From Octopus vulgaris (Eukaryota), in contig OX597835.1 in NCBI GenBank assembly GCA_951406725.2, forward strand, positions 42,160,001 through 42,224,000: DNA of 64,000 bases, read 5' to 3'. Below the pieces are notes generated by a model. That model was given only the letters and a program-made list of their open reading frames with translations, was not told the origin of the DNA and did not search any database. Shown here in pieces: positions 1 to 12,594 of this stretch (within the stretch, counting starts at the first letter, position 1; each line of letters begins with the position of its first letter). The position numbers were made by a program, and so were the translations under genes.

Positions 1-35
1 CTCACAACGAGAGATATTCAGCAACAGTACTTTTC

Positions 36-381
36 AGTAAAGATTATTTGCCAACATAACATGGCAGTCCTGGTTTAGGACAAATGTTGCTGTAATTTAG
101 CCCCAGGAGACATCGTCTCCAGCTGGCTATACGGCACGATCTGTGTCCTTATATTTTTGAACAAGAGAATCTAGCACCCCCACTCAGCTCAAAACAGTAT
201 TTGTGTATCGCAGAAATAACCCGGAAATTGCAATACACAGATATTGTTTTGTGCTGAGTGGGGGTGCTAGATTCCCTTGTTTGAAAATATAAGGACACAG
301 ATTATGTCATATAGCCAGCTGGAGACGATGTCATTCGTCCTAAACTAGGACTGCCATGTTATGTTGGCAAATAATCTTTAC
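36..381. repeat. Imperfect foldback (long inverted repeat)
   Basis: Arms of about 155-175 bp are reverse complements, e.g. gtaaagattatttgccaacataacatggcagtcc versus ggactgccatgttatgttggcaaataatctttac, with a short spacer near 210-227. Confidence 0.85.
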
Positions 382-385
382 CCAG

Positions 386-840
386 AAAAATTATTGTTCT
401 TGAAGCATGAAAACCAAATGTTAAACAGGTCTGCCAATTATTCTCTTCATGCCATCATACATACACATACATCCTTAAATAGCAGAATAACTTACCAATA
501 TGGGGTTTTATGTTAAAACCAAGGGACAAAATTTTTTTTTTTAATTCATTTTTGTTTTTTATTTTTTGTTGCATGTCGGATTTTGTGCATAATTAGTAAC
601 GGAGCTAGAGTGGCGTCATTTGTTTTGATTGATTAATTAGTTTAATTAATTAATTGCCTGTATAAAACTTTTAACGATATCTCAATTGAATAAATATTAA
701 GTTTTTTTTCCTCACTTTATATTTTTTAATATTATTTCTTTTGGTCTTTAAATGTAATTAGCTTGCAACCGCAGGAGATTTTAAAAGAAGGATCTAATTA
801 TGCACCTAATTATCCACAGAGACTCCTTAATATATGCATA
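386..840 (+). repeat. About 450-bp direct repeat, copy 1 (copy 2 at about 2604-3053)
   Basis: Shared blocks aaaattattgttcttgaa, ccaatatggggttttatgttaaaaccaagggac, ggagctagagtggcgtcattt and gcttgcaacc, in the same order and orientation. Confidence 0.85.
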
Positions 841-882
841 TAAGTATATATATATATATATATACACACACATACATACATA

Positions 883-2104
883 CACAGACATGACAGAAGT
901 AAATAGACACCCTTATAATCATTAAAAATCTATCTAAATCTGAAATTATATATTCAAATTAGTTATTAATTGTTATAATCTGATATTTCGTAGACATGCC
1001 CTTTGCAGTTTTCAGTGCAAAGGCCCTATTAGGAATGTTAATGACCAGATAACGAATGTTCCCTTGCGAATACCTTGCCAAGTTTCATGCAGTCATCTCA
1101 AAAGATCCGACTTTGAAGATGCTTTCATGTTTTTATGAAGTGTCCAGTCTATTATACCCAAGAGGTGTTCAATAGGGTTCATATCTGGTGACTGGCTTGG
1201 CCATGGAAGCTTTTTAATGCCATTCTCTTCCAGCAAATCTTGGGCCATTTTAACCTTGTGACAAGGATCCCCGTCTTCCATAACTAAAGAGTCTTCTTTA
1301 ATCATTTCAAAACTTGAGGAGATTGGAAGGAGTCCTTTCTGCAATATGGACATATATTTATCTGAATTTGTTTCCTTCACACTCCACCAGCTCTGATTGA
1401 CCATTGCTCCAAATTGCTCCCCAGACCATCACAGAATAGCTGCCATGTTTCATTGTTGGCTGTAATCTTTTCACATTAAATTCTTGATCATGGAGTCTCC
1501 AGACCCACATTCGACCACTGTCAGAAAATACAGCAAATCTGGACTCATTGGAGAATATGACAGTGTCCCAAAATCCTAGTGGCCTCTCCACCATCTCACT
1601 GGCCCAATCTTTTCTCCGCTTGAAATTGGCTGGTCAAAGAAGTGGCTTCCTTCTTGCTGTTCTTCCATAGTAACAAGGTTTGTGGAGATACCTGACAGCT
1701 GTTCTAGGACTGACATCAACTTGTTCAGCAATGTCAGAGGCCTTTCAACCAGGATTATTATCCTCCACACTTCTCTTAGCAAAGAGAAGGGTCCTGTCAG
1801 AGGTCCCAGGTCAACCTGGGTGAGATGTAGCCTCCTTCCCCCTCTGGTGAATTACACAATCACTATTAACTGTAGAAAGTGGGATCCCAAGGTTTTCTGT
1901 GATATCCACCTTCAGAATGTCCCACAAAATGGCCTCTTTGAAATTCGGACATTTCCAAGGCTTCTTTTGTATGTGGCATGATTAAAGGCACAGGTACAAC
2001 CTGAAACAAAAATGTCAATTGATAAAAAATACAAACCTTTACAAATTAGAATTAACATGAAACGATGTTTTACGGTGTGTCTGCTTACTTCTGTCATGTG
2101 TGTG
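883..2104 (-). mobile_element. Tc1-family DNA transposon, decayed, full extent
   Basis: About 28-bp TIRs (CACA[G/C]ACATGACAGAAGTAA..AGACAC) flanked by TA at 881-882 and 2105-2106. Frameshifted transposase motifs [40 protein letters not shown]. Confidence 0.92.
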
Positions 2105-2255
2105 TATATAATGTGTGTGTGTGTGAGATCCCCCCTCTCCTCCTCCTCTTCCTCCTCCTCCTCATCATCATCAATCTTGGGAAGCAAGATTTTTACCACA
2201 CAGCTATGCCATATTTATATATATTCATATACATCTCTTTCTCTCTCTATCTCTG

Positions 2256-2325
<70 letters not shown>

Positions 2326-2603
2326 AAGTGGTTAGTGTTAGGAAGGGCATCCAGCTGTAGAAGCCATGTCAAATCTGACGAGTCTGGTGCAGCCCCTCAG
2401 CTTATCAGCCCTGGTCAAACTGTCCAACCCATGTCAGAGTGGGCAATGGACATTATACGATGATGATGGCAATAATGATGATGATGATGATATAATATGC
2501 CGTAATATATTTGTAGTATAATAAAGCATTAGATGGAAACTCTTAGTGAAAGCACCAAGTTGTAAGCAATCAAATACCATTTTCTAGTTCTTTGCACATT
2601 AGC

Positions 2604-3052
2604 AAAAATTATTGTTCTTGAATCATGAAATGTTAAACAAGTCTGCCAATTATTCTCTTCGTGCCATTATACAAACACATTCATCCTTAAATAGCGGAAT
2701 AACTTACCAATATGGGGTTTTATGTTAAAACCAAGGGACCAGATATTTTATATATTTTTATATATTGATGTTTGCTTTTTACTTTTTGTTGCATGTAGGA
2801 TTTTGTGCATAATTAGTAACGGAGCTAGAGTGGCGTCATTTTTTTTTAGTTAATTAAAATCAGTTTATTAATTAATTGCCTGTATAAAACTTTTAACGGT
2901 GTCTCAGTTGAATACATATTAAGTTTTTTTCCCACTTTATTTTATATATTTATATTATTTCTTTTGGTCTTTTTGAATAAATGTAATTAGCTTGCAACCT
3001 CAGGAGATTTTAATAGAAGGATCTAATTATTCAGAGACTCATTAATATATGC

Positions 3053-3053
<1 letters not shown>
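2604..3053 (+). repeat. About 450-bp direct repeat, copy 2
   Basis: Aligns by eye with 386-840. Confidence 0.85.
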
Positions 3054-3075
<22 letters not shown>

Positions 3076-3083
<8 letters not shown>

Positions 3084-3378
3084 TAAATTAGAGACAAAAC
3101 CACTATTATGCAAATCAAACAAAGAAAGACTTAACCCAATACATAAATTAATTTATATTATTTAGAATTATATTATATTATATTATATTATTAATAATTG
3201 TTAAATTTCTAAATAATATAAATTAATTTATGTATTGGATTAAGTCTTTCTTTGTTTGTTTTGCATAATAGTGGTTTTGTCTCTAATTTAATATAATATA
3301 ATACTTTACTATAAAATTGGATTCAATCCTAAATCTGATTTTTCCCTGTAAGTTTGGATTTATTCCCTAATATTTATC
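3076..3378. repeat. Foldback element in a (TA)n tract
   Basis: About 3076-3165 is the reverse complement of about 3207-3298. The adjacent 3317-3377 block recurs inverted at about 26101-26162, also inside (TA)n. Confidence 0.8.
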
Positions 3379-4192
3379 ATTATTATATATATATATATAT
3401 AAACATATAAACATACATACATACACATATAAGAGGGATGACCACTAAGTGGTATATATTATCATCATCATATGCACACACATGCGTAAATATACACATA
3501 CATAAGTATATATATGATATGTATATATATATCTCTTATTATAAGAGGCAGATTTTATCTGCCTCCCTTTGGGAGTTATACAAATCTACAATATAGGATT
3601 TCTTCAATTACAATTTACCTAGCAGTTTTAAGAGTACAATGCATCGCGTTATGCCAGGTCCAGTTTTTAAAATTTAAACTCCAATTAAGCAAAATTTACA
3701 GAAAACTCACATTCTGGTGTGTGTGTCAAATGCTTTTCTTAGTCTGGTTTACACCACACGCAAACGCACACACACAGTGGGCAAGGAATAAAATGAAAGT
3801 AATTCACTTACTGTAGTGAGTGATTCTTTCACTCTGCCTCCCACTTCCTCTTTACACACATAGAAAAAAACTTTTATTTTTTTTACATAAGTAATGAGAG
3901 CGAAAGAGACTAAGAGAAAGCGATTGTATGACGAGGGAAGTTCCTTTGAAGTTACCGTGCATGGGACTCATTGATGTACATGTGTGTGTGTGTGTGTGTT
4001 TGATGGAGTGTGGGAGACAGACAGTATGTTGTGTAAGTGAAGTGCTTCTGTTAGTGTGTGTGAAGAGACAGAGAGAGTAATGTGTGAAAGAGAGAGATAA
4101 CTGAAATTTTTTACTCGGTTTATGTGTATATGTATGTATGCATGTATGTGTGTGTGTGTGTGTGTGTATGTATGTGTGTGTGTATGTATGTA

Positions 4193-5036
4193 TCTATATA
4201 TAAAAGAAAGGTTGTGTGTCTGTCTACTCCGATTTAGATTCCTAACTACTCCCACATTTTGCGATGCAGTTTAACCAAAACCGGGTATCTTATAGTCGTG
4301 ATTCATATCGAGCCCTTCTGGGTATTAGCGCGCGTCTACGATGAGTCTATGATTTTACAAATAATTTACCATCATTTTTTTCCATTTTAATGCATATTTT
4401 TAAAAATAAACGGAAGTAACTCTCAAACTTCACACCAATATGCGTGCTCATATGCGACGTAATATCACATCAGCAGCATTTCCTCACACCCTCCTTGCAC
4501 TTGGCGAAGGCAAAATACCAGGGGATGAAAATGGTAATATTGCCATCGATTCCATTTGTACCATTGTTAAGACGCCTTCTGATCTCAGAGATGCAGTGTT
4601 CCCAGATTTACAAGCTAATTATCAGAATATGGATTGGATTGGCAAAAAGGCTATACTGGCCCCGAGGAATAAAACTGTTCACCATATTAATGATGAAATG
4701 CTAAAACTCATTCCTGGGGAAGTCGATGTATATCAGTCTATCGATACAACTCCTGACCCAGAGGACGTCATCAACTATCCAATAGAGGTACTCAATTCCT
4801 TTGAGCACCCCGGACTACCACCACACTTTCTCAAACTTAAAGTTAGTGCCCCTATAATGCTCATCAGAAATTTGGTTCCCCCAAAACAATGCAATGGCAC
4901 ACGTTTGGCGTTAAGTCCTTATCTCCCACCGTAAGCTTATTTCAATATTTGCCTGAATAATCATCATAATTCAGTGCAATCATTAACAGTACTTTCAAGC
5001 AATTCAGCCCCGAGCAACGCCGGGCAATTCTGCTAG
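4193..5036 (+). mobile_element. Internally deleted Helitron with PIF1-type helicase fragment (4440-4934)
   Basis: 5' A|TC at 4192/4193. 3' subterminal hairpin CCCG-agcaacgc-CGGG, then CTAG|T at 5033-5037. No TSD. ORF motifs AILAPRN, YPIEVLNS, PGLPPH.LKLKV.APIMLIRNL, CNGTRL. Confidence 0.9.
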
Positions 5037-5051
5037 TAATATATATAATAT

Positions 5052-5170
5052 GTCGAAGAACGTAGGCTCGAAACGTAAAAGACTTCTCCATTTTTCCCAA
5101 GCGTCAAACTAATACATTTGCTTGTTGTTCCTACACCTGCCTTCGTCTTTATTTTTCTATAAATTTGAAC
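5052..5170 (+). mobile_element. Short (TA)n-embedded repeat with hammerhead-like motif, probably Penelope-like derived
   Basis: Same sequence recurs inverted at about 9204-9390 and 60122-60300, and partially at 63270-63325. Contains gtcgaagaacgtaggctcgaaacgtaaaaga. Confidence 0.65.
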
Positions 5171-5539
5171 TATGTATGTGTGTGCGTGTATACATATATA
5201 TATATATATATATATATGTATACAGACAGACATATGTATGTATACACACACACACTCAAAAACACACATATGTATATACATATATGTATGTACAGCATGC
5301 AATGGGTAAATTGTTGCCATTTTATATTTTTAATTACATGCATGTACTTCGTTTGTTTTTGATTTTGTCAACTACACAGTATAGTAGGGTCAGTTGGGCA
5401 CCATCTGTGAGAAAAGCAGCACCATGACGCAATTCACTCTGCCAGAAATTTGGAAATGACATACTGTACTGCTGGGCATTCACACTAGAAACTCCAATAC
5501 GAACATTTCGGAACGTTTGGGCGTCAATTTGAGGACATA

Positions 5540-6025
5540 CCAAGAGTGATGAAAATCAAACACTCTGTCGACATCATGGTGTTTGGAGTGAACGCTAGTA
5601 ATGGTGATGTTATGCCTCCATTCATTTTCCCACACCGCCTCACACTCAACATGGAGTCCTACATCAAGTGTCTGGATGTGGTAGTGCTGCCCTGGGTTAA
5701 GAGAGTGGTTGCAAGAAGACCCTATGTTTGGCTACAGGACTCTGTACCATACCACACAGGAGAACCCATTCATGGCTGTCAGTCAATTTCTGTGACCACA
5801 TCACCTCCTAATATCTGACCACCTAACTCCCCAGGCTGCAACCCCCTGGGTGCAGCTGAGTGAGAGACTAACAAAACTCCTTCCAACACCAAAGATGATC
5901 TGAAGGCAAAGATTATGGCAGCATTCACCAACTTAAACAAGGAGACCATCCAGAAGAGTTGTAGGAGATTCTGAAGTCATCTGGAGACCGTGGTTGAAAC
6001 CAATGGTGATTTTATTGAATAAATT
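5540..6025 (+). mobile_element. IS630-Tc1-mariner transposase remnant (maT/DD37D-like)
   Basis: IMVFGV..SNGDVMPPFIF, YVWLQDSVPYHT and a broken WPPNSP.CNPL motif, with stops and frameshifts. Confidence 0.8.
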
Positions 6026-6278
6026 TACTCTTTAGTATTTCAAGATTTTTTTTTTTTTTGCTGTGACACTCCAATCAGTGTTATTTAATTAGTTTGTTGT
6101 TTTTCTCTCTAATTGCAGACGTTTGAAACTGAAATGTCGTCCAGAGCATGTTACTTAATTAAACGCCCAAAGGTTTTTGAAAGTGTTTACCGAGGTGAAG
6201 ACATAGAAGTGGCCTCTCGACTTCACAAGGTAGGTCGAAAGATATTTCTCTATTCTGTTATGTCTGGGGAGAGTCATT

Positions 6279-6695
6279 GGATCTTTTCAGTTTGAACGGC
6301 AGTTTTTTAAAATATTTTCCACGTAACTAAAAAATTTTAAACTTCGTATAATGGTAGAATGTGTTTATAAAACATCTTTTTCTCTTGGCTTTATTGAAAA
6401 AATTCTATAGTTTGTAAGATATATGTTGTTTTTTTCCTTCAATTTCTGCAATTTCAACCAATCAATGACGTCTATTGGGGTGAAAACATTCTGTGCCGTA
6501 TGAATATGTCTCTCGTTTAAGAAACAGATTGGGTTTATTTACATTTCTGAAGAAAAAAAGATACCCTTCCCCCCACCCCTAACCCTAACCCTAAAACAGA
6601 TTGAAATGCAATAGATCGATGCTAGGGTGATAATTATGGGTGACAATTTCATATGACACCGCTAGAAAAAACTGCCGTTCAAACCGAAAAGATCT
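6279..6695. mobile_element. MITE with about 29-bp TIRs and 8-bp TSD (GAGTCATT), Merlin- or hAT-like
   Basis: Ends GGATCTTTTCAGTTTGAACGGCAGTTTTT and AAAAACTGCCGTTCAAACCGAAAAGATCT. GAGTCATT at 6271-6278 and 6696-6703. Confidence 0.9.
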
Positions 6696-7879
6696 GAGTC
6701 ATTTTCTTTTTGTGCCTTATAATTTAACACACTCACCTGTGAAATTTCCACTTATTTCTTATTTTTATATAAAAAAGTAAGAAAATAAAATGGAAATTTT
6801 ACCGGTGAGTGTGTTAAATTATAAGGCATGAAAAGAAAATGACTCTCCCCCAGACACAACAGAATATGCTTCAACACACGAGCTCAAATAAAGAACCTAG
6901 CAAACCAAATCCCAAAACGAAATATTTCTGTATTAATTACAATAAAATAGGAAAGCTTACAGCCACTGTTGGTGTGTATCCTTGATAAATTCACTGAATC
7001 TGCACAAATGATTTGTTTATAGTGATCGAATGCTCGAGACGCGAAATATCTCTTTCTCTCTCTAACAAATCGAAGTTGTCTGAACAAGTGAACGGTGTAC
7101 CACGTGTCATGTGTCGAAGTGGTCGTAGAGCAACGTAAAATGAAGTGTTTTGCTCAAGAACGCAACGCACTGCCGGGACTAGAAATTGAAACCGTGATCT
7201 CGCGATTGGGAGTGCAACCCCCTAACCACTAGGACACACACACACATTTCTAGTTAGCTAATTAATACACCAATTTGTATATAGTTTCCCCCATTAACAT
7301 CATTTAGTTTTAATGAATTTTTCTGCCTTTCTATCTGTCTACCGATCTACCTGCCTACCTACCTACCTACCTACCTAGTAGTTTAGTAGCTTCTAGCTTT
7401 CTAGCAAGATAGCTGTTTCTTATTCTTTCTATCTGCCTAAATGCTTGTCGAATTATCCATCCATCCATCCATCCATCATCCATCCATCCATCCATCCATC
7501 CATCCATCCATCCATCCATCCATCCACCCACCCATCCATCCATCCATCCACCCACCCATCCATCCATCCACCCACCCACCCATCCATCAATCCATCCATC
7601 CACCCACCCACCCACCTACCTACCTACCTACCTACCTACCTACCTATCTATCCATCTATCCATGTGTCCATCCATCCACCCACGCACCCACCTGTCTGTC
7701 TGTGAGTCTGTGTGTCTGTCTGTGCGTCTAGTTGTCTGCCCCCTATCTTTTTCTTTCCCCCTATCCATCTATCTATCTCCTATATACATACCAGCCTCTC
7801 TGTCTCTCTCCCTTTCTCTCTCTCCCTCCCTCTCTCTCTCTTTAACTACTTTCCCACTTGTACATATATTTCTCTTCAG

Positions 7880-7984
7880 TCATTCAATACAGTTTGTACA
7901 AAATATATTAACACCAACTTAAGATATTGGAATATAGTGAAGCTGTATGTCAGCCAGGTAGCTACAGAAGAGGTTGTTGAAATG
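7880..7984 (+). CDS. Plakin-family gene, internal exon A (phase 0/0; [35 protein letters not shown])
   Basis: Unique island between microsatellites. Acceptor tttctcttcag, donor ATG|gtattt, 105 nt open and in phase with exon B. Length equals the 35-aa plectin exon preceding the WSW exon (recalled, not computed). Sequence similarity alone is weak. Confidence 0.65.
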
Positions 7985-8949
7985 GTATTTACATACTTGT
8001 AGCTGATAAGAGGGAAATCCTGAGAGAGAGAGAGAGAGAGAGGGAGAGAGGGGGGGCGGGCAAAGCGGGAGAGAGGAAACCCCATAAAACACGATGCTAT
8101 TAGGAGAAACTGCTGTACACCTTGTTTTATTATTTTAATATGAGTTTTGTCTATATTAATGTGAATGGATGGAGGCGGTGGTGTTGTGTGTGTGTGTGTG
8201 TGTGGGGGGAACTAGTCTTTAGTGAATTAACTGATCTGTCTTTCATTATTAATAAGAACGAAACGAAACGAAACGATTGATTGCCTCTTATCAAAGGGAG
8301 TTTGGCTGTGTGAGTGTGAATATGTGTATGTCTAAAGAAGATTGTGTGTGTTTGTGAGGAATGTGAAGGTTGCGTATGAAGGAGATTGTGTGTGTGTGTA
8401 TATATAAGAGAAAGAGAGAGAGAGAGAGAGTGTGTGTGTGTGTCTGAGGGAGATTGTGCGTGTCGAGGAGTCGTGTGTGTGTCTGAGGGAGATTGTGTGT
8501 GTGTGTGTGTGTATAAGAAGGATTGTGTGTCTGAGGGAGGTTTTTTTGTGCGTGTGTGTAAGGAAGGTTTTGTGTCTGCGAGCAAGTATGTGTGTGCGTG
8601 TGAGCGATTTTGTGTGCTTGTATGTGTAAGGGAGTTTGTGTGTGTGTTTGTATTTAAGGGAGGTTGTGTTTGTGTGTGTGTAAAAGAGAGTGTATGTGTA
8701 AGAGAGCGTATGTATGTGTGTGTGTAAGGAAGGTTGTTTGTGTGTGTGTGTGTTGTGTACTGTATGGTCATGTAATGTGAGAGCTGAGAGAGGAGAACTA
8801 AAACTGAAAGAAAATATAAAAATGCCGTAAAAAGGCAGAGGAAGAAAAATGGCCATAAACTAGTGGGGGGGGTGGTGTAATCGGAGATGTGATAATGACT
8901 CTGCTTTATTAACATAGAGATATGGAATATAATGTGTGTGTGTGTGTTT

Positions 8950-8982
<33 letters not shown>

Positions 8983-9170
8983 GTGGTGGTTATGCTGCTG
9001 ATTTATTGGTGGGGGCGGCGGCGATTGCAGGGGTAATGGTGGTGGTGGTGGTGTTGGAGCTATTCAGGGATAAATTCTAAAGTAATCTGCCTTCTATTTT
9101 GCCTTCCTTCCGTGACTGCTCTTGTTGTTATACACCAAAACAGCCATCTACGTATCATACTTAATGTATG

Positions 9171-9207
<37 letters not shown>

Positions 9208-9609
9208 GCAAAGTTTACGAAAATAAACAAAAGACGAAGGCAGGTGGTGTACAAACAAACAAATGTATTAGTATAGCGCTCGGGAATAGAAAAAGTATTT
9301 TACGTTTCGAGCCTACGCTCTTCTACAGAAAGGGACACAAAAAAAACAAGGAGAGAAAAAAATGTGTGTAGGAGCTAACGATCTATCATGGCACACTGCT
9401 GACAAGCCAGTTACTGCAGTGTTTGTCCAGAGTCAACATCCTTTATTTTCTTACTGCATTAATAACAATACATTAATAAATATCACAGTAAACCCATAAG
9501 AGATGTTATCTTCTGGACAAACTAATCACTGTGTATATATGGCCACACAAATGTGCATATATAATCACAAATTAAAAGCATAGATCATTATTATTTAAGA
9601 CGTCACACA

Positions 9610-10170
9610 GTATCCAATATCATGATGTTGATTGAGGTTATTGTGTCTACCGGGGCTTTGTACTGTTTGTCAAGTCACAGCAAGGACCTCAGACAAACAG
9701 TACTTTGTGTAAAATGCATGCAGTTCCAAGTAATGCCGACTTTTGCAATACATCTAGATTGTAGGGTATTTCTAAAGTTCCCAGATGTTTCTTCAGGTTG
9801 GGAGGGATTGAACTCACTACTCCGATGACAACAGGGATAACCTTTATGTTTGACTCTCGTAGCTGCCACATCTTAGCGATCTCAGTTCTCAGGTCTCCAT
9901 ATTTATCAACCTTTTCTCTTTCTTTCATGATGATGTGTTGATCTCCTGGCACTGCCATGTCGATTATTAGGCACTCTTGTTTGTCCCCCCCCCCTAAAGG
10001 TTACTATATCCAGCTTCAATAATCTAACATCTAGTCTGTCTGGAAACCAAAGTCCCAGAGGATTTTTGCATTTCCCTTTTTGTCCATTACCTTTTCTGGT
10101 GTATGTTGGCAACCTCATGTCCATACTTCCAACATAGTAGCCCGTGGAGATTTTGGGCTACTTTGTCATG
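9610..10170 (-). mobile_element. 3' remnant of a non-LTR retrotransposon with restriction-like endonuclease (R4/Dong-like)
   Basis: MAVPGD...EREKVDKYGDLRTEIAKMW...IPVVIG...LQKSALLGTACIL.KVL is the typical C-terminus of these elements. Frameshifted upstream. Confidence 0.8.
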
Positions 10171-10248
10171 TCTGTGCTAGACCTCATCAGTGATGGTGCT
10201 ACATAAAAAGTACCCACCTGACTCTGTAAAGTGGTTGGCATTAGGAAG

Positions 10249-10475
10249 GGGTGGCGAGTTGGCAGAAACATTAGCATGCCGGGCGAAATGCGTAGCTGTA
10301 TTTTGTCTGTCGTTACGTTCTGAGTTCAAATTCCGCCGAGGTCGACTTTGCCTTTCATCCTTTCGGGGTCGATAAATTAAGTACCAGTTACGCACTTGGG
10401 TCGATGCAAACGATTTAATCCCGTTGTCTGTCCTTGTTTGTCCCCTCTGTGTTTAGCTCCTTTTGGGTAGTAAAA
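10249..10475 (+). mobile_element. tRNA-derived SINE family B (about 200-230 bp), representative copy
   Basis: Head ggcgagctggcagaaacgttagc...gagttcaaattcc (A/B-box-like). Further copies at about 27838-28255 (tandem), 28619, 28855(-), 30651, 36558, 38570, 38805, 39071, 44215, 45785, 52990, 57362(-), 57590(-), 58080(-), 58300, 58590(-), 60800(-). Confidence 0.85.
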
Positions 10476-10809
10476 AAAAAAAAAAAATGGAAGGACATTC
10501 TGCTGTTGACCAAAACAGACAGTGAGGCCTGGTGTAGGCTTTTAGCTTGCTAGCTCCTGTCAGACTATCCAGCCTGTGCCTGCATGGAAAACAGACGCTA
10601 AATGATGATGATGACGATGGTGCCCTTCCTGTCACCAACCTTCGCCTGTTTCCAAACAAAGTAATATTTTCCCCATGGTTAGACATGTAGTCACAGAATA
10701 TCTGAGATGTATGACACTGCTTGTATGACAGTGGCAACCATTTTATGACCATCATGCAATGTTGGGACAAGGAAACACAAACATACACACACTTACAGAT
10801 ACATACGTG

Positions 10810-10844
<35 letters not shown>

Positions 10845-11159
10845 CTTATCTTTTATTTGTTTCAGTCATTAGACTGCAGCCATGCTGGAGCACTACCTTG
10901 AAGAATTTTAGTCAAATGAATCGACCCTATTACTTCTTTGTTTTTTTAAAGCCTGGTACTTATTTTGACAATCACTTTTGTTGAACTGTTAAGTCACAGG
11001 GATGTAAACACATCAATACCAGTTGTCAAGTGGTCATGTCGGACAAACACAGACACAAAGACACACACAGATATATATGCATTACATACACACACACATA
11101 CATACATACATACACACATACACACACATCACACATGCATACATGGTGGTTGACTACTC

Positions 11160-11365
11160 CTTATGCAGAGTTTGACCACCTCCTGTACTTACACCTTAAA
11201 GCCATCATGGCGTCTGATGTGGCTTTTTAAACCAGACAATGTTTTGAAAAGACACCCACATAGATTGCATATCCAAAAATGGACCACCAAGAGCTGCAGA
11301 TAAGTTCTGATGTTTGTCGATCTTAAAATATCTTTTGAGGCCACCTTTAGATTTGCAAACCTTCT
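11160..11365 (-). mobile_element. Probable RTE-type LINE 3' remnant (C2H2 finger)
   Basis: CNLCGCLFKTLSGLKSHIRRH followed closely by a stop. No splice context found. Confidence 0.5.
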
Positions 11366-11409
11366 AGCATACACATACACACACAACACACATGCATACA
11401 CGTGTGTAT

Positions 11410-11627
11410 TGGGTGTGCTGAAAAATTCCTGGCTTTGGGTGAAAGAAAAAGCAGGGGGATCAGTTACTTATGATTTTATTCAACGTATTCCCCTCTCAGA
11501 TTCAGACACTTATTGCAACAGTCCTTCAATTTTTCTAAGCCCTGTAAAAGGGCTTGGAAGGTTGCACCTCCAACCAGGCCTTTCATGACACCCTTAAAGC
11601 TAGGAACTTGTCAGTACCCTTTCGCAT
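11410..11627. mobile_element. Mariner-like MITE
   Basis: Imperfect TIRs gggtgtgctgaaaaattcctggc and gctaggaacttgtcagtaccc in a TA-rich context. Confidence 0.55.
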
Positions 11628-12594
11628 ACATATATATATATATATGATAGACTTCTTTCTGTTTTCCATCACCAGATCCATTCACAAGGCTTTGGTCAGC
11701 CTGGAGCTGTAATAGAAGACACTTGTCTATGGTGCCATGCAATAGGATTGATCCCAGAGCCATATTGGGAAGCAAACTTCTTACCACACAGCCATTCCTA
11801 TACACATACACAATTTTGGTACTATATGCAAACAGTTTGGTAGCTATATATATGCTGTTTTGCAGTTATATACACACAGTTTTGTTTCTATACACACACA
11901 CAGACTTTTTGTTGCTATACACACAAGCCGTTTCATGACTATCCACATAGTTTTGCACCTAGATACACCCCGTTTCATGCAGTAGTAACATTGAAAAACT
12001 TTGGAGTTTATTTCTTTGCTAGTGTGGAGAGAGATGTTTCCTACCAAAATCTCATTCCTGCTATCAAAACATCTCTGTCTTCATCTTGAATTTCAACGAT
12101 AAACCTCTTTGACTGTAATCTATCCCTGATATACAAATAAAAGTCTTTCCTCATCTTGAATTTCTGTGATAAATCCCTTTATCTCTCTATTATCTCTGAT
12201 AATCATTTAAACACCCTGCTTTCATTTACCCCACAGTTCCACACTCTATTTTAACCATTTCTTAAATTTCATTTCTTAAGTCTTTGAATCGGCTGTCTCA
12301 ATGTGTTGTAAGAATTTCTCAACTCTTTGACTCAGAAATTCCTCTCAATTTTTTTAGCCATTTCTGATCTCTTGCTTCTCAAATCTCTGGCTTATATCAT
12401 TCCACTCTATTTTAAAAATTTCACTCTAATTTAACCATTTAGATGCAAGCTTTGAAACCATAAGGTCTTGGGTTCAATCCCACAGCATGGTACCTTGGAC
12501 AAGTGGTCTCCTACACTTGTTCCAGGCCAACAAAAGCTTTATAAGTGGATTTGGTAAGCAGGAACTGTGTTTGTGTGTATATTTGTGTCTATAT

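Noticed and set aside
4440-4934. Host PIF1 helicase gene
   Set aside because: An intronless fragment enclosed by Helitron termini.
6577-6594. Telomere or chromosome-fusion scar
   Set aside because: Only three CCCTAA units, lying inside a MITE.
7997-8019. Minus-strand micro-exon (ctctcag|23 nt|gtatgt)
   Set aside because: The acceptor is just a (CT)n tract, no partner exons were found, and the + strand exon A explains the unique island better.
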